Shown: piece by piece, positions 61,276 through 64,000 of the stretch
How the letters are laid out: every line of letters begins with the position of its first letter
Position numbering within the stretch: position 1 is the stretch's first letter
Assembly: GCF_018350175.1 (NCBI RefSeq)
Contig: NC_058381.1
Span: 22,754,001 to 22,818,000 of the forward strand
DNA: 64,000 nucleotides
Direction of reading: 5' to 3'
Origin: Felis catus
Lineage: Eukaryota
Program-made: the position numbers and the translations under genes
Notes under the pieces: model-generated
Told to the model about the DNA's origin: nothing
Databases searched by the model: none
Seen by the model: the letters and a program-made list of their open reading frames with translations, nothing else

Positions 61276-61620
61276 CAGCTGCTCTAAGTCTGCCAGCCCC
61301 TCAGCTGTCACTCTGCTCCCAAAATAGCAGTGATTGGGGGAAGGGAGGGGAGATTGTTTATCTGGGATGGAGGGGGAGAAGGGGCATTATAGCTGTGTCT
61401 CCCTCCCTTCTGGATCTTTCTCTGCTCTTTGTGGTATGAATGCCCGAGTCCAGGACTGCCCCTGAGTAGGACGCTGGGGCATAGGTTAGTCAGCACTTCC
61501 AGGTGACTAATGACTATCCACTCTGGGGAGGAGGAAGGCCCTGAGTATCAATGACAGACTCCAGGGACACCTGACCCTGTGGCCAAATATGGTCCGGAGC
61601 TACTGGCTCAGGCGATAAAA
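61276..61620 (+). promoter_or_regulatory. UNC45B: UNC45B muscle-type promoter
   Basis: CArG box CCAAATATGG 61583-61592; CAGCTG E-boxes 61276-61281 and 61302-61307; TATA-like GATAAAA 61614-61620. Confidence 0.7.
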
Positions 61621-61659
61621 CCTCTTGGGTGGGGGAGGGAGGCAGATTAAGGCTTGGTG

Positions 61660-61737
61660 GCCAGGGGGTGGCTCACGAGGGAGCTCAGCCGAACAGCATC
61701 ACAGGAGGACAGACCAGGAGCACCGTCCTCTGAGAAA
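61660..61737 (+). other. UNC45B: Probable non-coding exon 1 of UNC45B (5' end approximate)
   Basis: Donor AAA|GTGAGC at 61738, downstream of a CArG box and a GATAAAA element; the next acceptor abuts the ATG. A second candidate donor AG|GTTAGT lies at 61485. Confidence 0.55.
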
Positions 61738-62087
61738 GTGAGCCCGCGTGGAGAGTTCCTCAGACCGGGGAGGGAGAAGAGGGACTGAGAAGAACTTTCA
61801 AGGCTTGCAGTGAGAATTCAGGCCTCCGGCGTGGTGGCTTCACCCGCCCAGCTGGGAGGGAAGGAGAGGGAGGCACGGGGGCTCTAAGATTCCTTCAGCC
61901 ATGCTCTTCTGCAAGCAGGTGCTATCATGTCCTTCTGAGCAATGGATTTGGGGGTGATAGGCATGGGTCCTTTCCAGGCAGAACCCTCACCTTCCATCCC
62001 AGTAGAAGGAGGCCCTGGAGCTCCAGACCCGAGGCCAGGAGTCTGGAGTGGGGGACTGGCCCGACTGAGCTGCTCCTGTCCCGACAG

Positions 62088-62854
62088 ATGGCAGAGGCAG
62101 AAGCAGCGCAGCTGAAGGAGGAAGGGAACCGGCATTTCCAGCTCCAGGACTATAAGGCTGCAACAAAGAGCTACAGCCAGGCCCTGAAGCTGACCAAGGA
62201 CAAGGCCCTGCTGGCCACGCTCTATCGGAATCGGGCAGCCTGTGGCCTGAAAACGGTCTGGAGCGGGCAGGGCGGGAGGCTGAGGGCCAGCACTCAGAGG
62301 CAGGGGTGAAGGCAGCCCCCCATCTTGCTGGGTATCAGACCCTTAAGCCGCCTTGTCCCAGCCCTTTCTGCTGGAGCCCTCAGGGCAGAGAAGGGCACCT
62401 CCCACTGCTTTCCTGGGCCCCCTGCCTGACCCACTCCTCTGGGAGACAGAAATTCCTCCAGTTGGGAATCAGCCTAATGGGAACTGGCATCACGCCGGGG
62501 GCTTTTTCCATGTTATTTCGCAGCATCTTACTAACAGCCCCGTGAGTCGGCTGCTGTTGTCGTGCCCATATAGCAGATAAAACAAACTCAGGGCTCGGGG
62601 GGCTTAGTCACTCACCAAGATCTCCCAGGTCATTAGTAGCAGAGCCTGGATTCAAACCCAAGTTTGCCTAATGTCAGAGCTCATCTGCTCTCCCATGCCC
62701 AGCCGGGGGTCCGCCCTTGGTTCCCTGACAGCCAGCAGCTCCCCAGCAAACCCTGTCTGGTTGTCTCTGCGTTGGGCCTGCATTAACCCCGGCTGCTTCC
62801 CCTTCTCCATTTCTCAGGAAAGCTATGTTCAGGCGGCGTCAGATGCCTCAAGAG
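62088..62854 (+). CDS. UNC45B: Unc-45 myosin chaperone B, first two coding exons (62088-62255, 62818-62854); gene continues past the window
   Basis: MAEAEAAQLKEEGNRHFQLQDYKAATKSYSQALKLTKDKALLATLYRNRAACGLKT|ESYVQAASDASR (TPR domain); 168- and 37-nt exons with GT-AG. Confidence 0.96.
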
Positions 62855-63066
62855 GTGAGTTCCCTTTCCCCAACCACTCCCCCACCCCCAACCCCAGCAT
62901 CCCTGTTTTGTCTAAGAGGCTCTTTGTCAATTGAAGAAATGACAGATTGTGGAAACGCCATCCTAGGCATTGTAGGCGGGGCTTCGGATGTCCAGAGAAG
63001 CCATCCCTAAATTGCATTTTTGCAACTCGAATTATATATTAAATCATAGGTTGAGGGAAATTAAAA

Positions 63067-63335
63067 TTTTTTTTTCAAAAAAAATTTTTTAATATTTGGT
63101 TTTGAGAGAGAGAGTCAGAGCGTGAGTGGTGGAGGGGCAGAGAGAGAGGGAGACACAGAATCGGAAACAGGCTCCAGGCTCTGAGCCATCAGCCCAGAGC
63201 CCGACACAGGGCTTGAACTCCTGGACCGCGAGATCATGACCTGAGCTGAAGTTGGACGTTCAGCCGACTGAGCCACCCAGGCGCCTCTTAAATTTTTTTT
63301 TTTAATGTTTATTTATTTTTGAGAGAGAGAGAAAA

Positions 63336-63372
<37 letters not shown>

Positions 63373-63535
63373 AGTGCGAACCAGGAGGGGCAGAGAGGGC
63401 AGACAGAATCTTAAGCAGGATCCAAGCTCTGAGCTGTCAGCACAGAGCCCGATGTGGGGCTCAAACCCACGAACTGTGTGATCATGACCTGAGCCAAAGT
63501 TGGATGCCTAACTGACTGAGCCACCCAGGTGCCCC
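63067..63535 (-). mobile_element. Two tandem CAN-SINEs (63067-63287, 63288-63535) with (GA)n
   Basis: Two consecutive tail-to-head SINE units. Confidence 0.92.
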
Positions 63536-63779
63536 TTGGGAGATTCTTTTATTAAAAGATGTTTCCAGAAATCCTCGTGTCTTGGTAATGACACACCCTC
63601 TGTTGTAAATTAGGGTATGCTCATCCTGGGGCTCCCCAGTGGTTCTGGGCATCAGCCCATTCCACTCTGTGGGATCAGGCTTCCTGAGAGGAGGAGGGAG
63701 GCAGTAGCCTATTGCACAGAGACTAGGGAGAGAAGAACATTAAAACAAAGCAAACCTTTAAATGTAACTAATTGCAACT

Positions 63780-63809
63780 TGCGCTTAAGTCAATGTTGAC
63801 TTAAGCGCA
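63780..63809. repeat. Inverted repeat, 14-bp perfect arms, 2-nt spacer
   Basis: TGCGCTTAAGTCAA-TG-TTGACTTAAGCGCA. Confidence 0.97.
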
Positions 63810-64000
63810 TTGTCAAAATGGGAAGTCTTTTCTTGGCTGCAAGTGTTGGGTTTTGATCTGGGCACCATTCTTTTAGGAGAAACAGAGACAGTGTGAAGTG
63901 AGCTCAGAAGGAAGGGAACCAGCTGGAGATGGGCCTGGAAATACACCCTGTGAAGAGCAGTTGAGGGACGTGGCAATATTTAGCCCAGAGAAAGCAATTC

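Overview
Mammalian genomic DNA from a feliform carnivore, most likely a felid: it is dense in CAN-SINEs of the SINEC_Fc type and carries a felid-type L1 3' end. Gene order matches human 17q12 as I recall it: RFFL (-, 5' non-coding end and first intron only), RAD51D (-, complete, 10 exons, 328 aa), FNDC8 (+, complete, 4 exons, 322 aa), NLE1 (-, 13 exons, 487 aa, exon 7 partly hidden by Ns) and UNC45B (+, promoter and first two coding exons). All listed coding-exon junctions were read off the sequence, are GT-AG and keep the frame. I found no convincing new multi-gene biological system. The best leads are modest: two exon-like or ORF-like non-repeat segments (22.0-22.8 kb and 38.3-38.6 kb), a complex RFFL 5' end with a possible 28-nt micro-exon, a same-orientation CTCF motif upstream of each minus-strand gene, back-to-back convergent poly(A) signals for FNDC8/NLE1, a 30-bp near-perfect palindrome, and several well-resolved retrotransposition events including a tail-only insertion. 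The five N-runs are 129-148 nt; one matches the missing NLE1 coding length exactly. Repeat boundaries are approximate, family names are by eye, and comparisons with human sequences are from memory.
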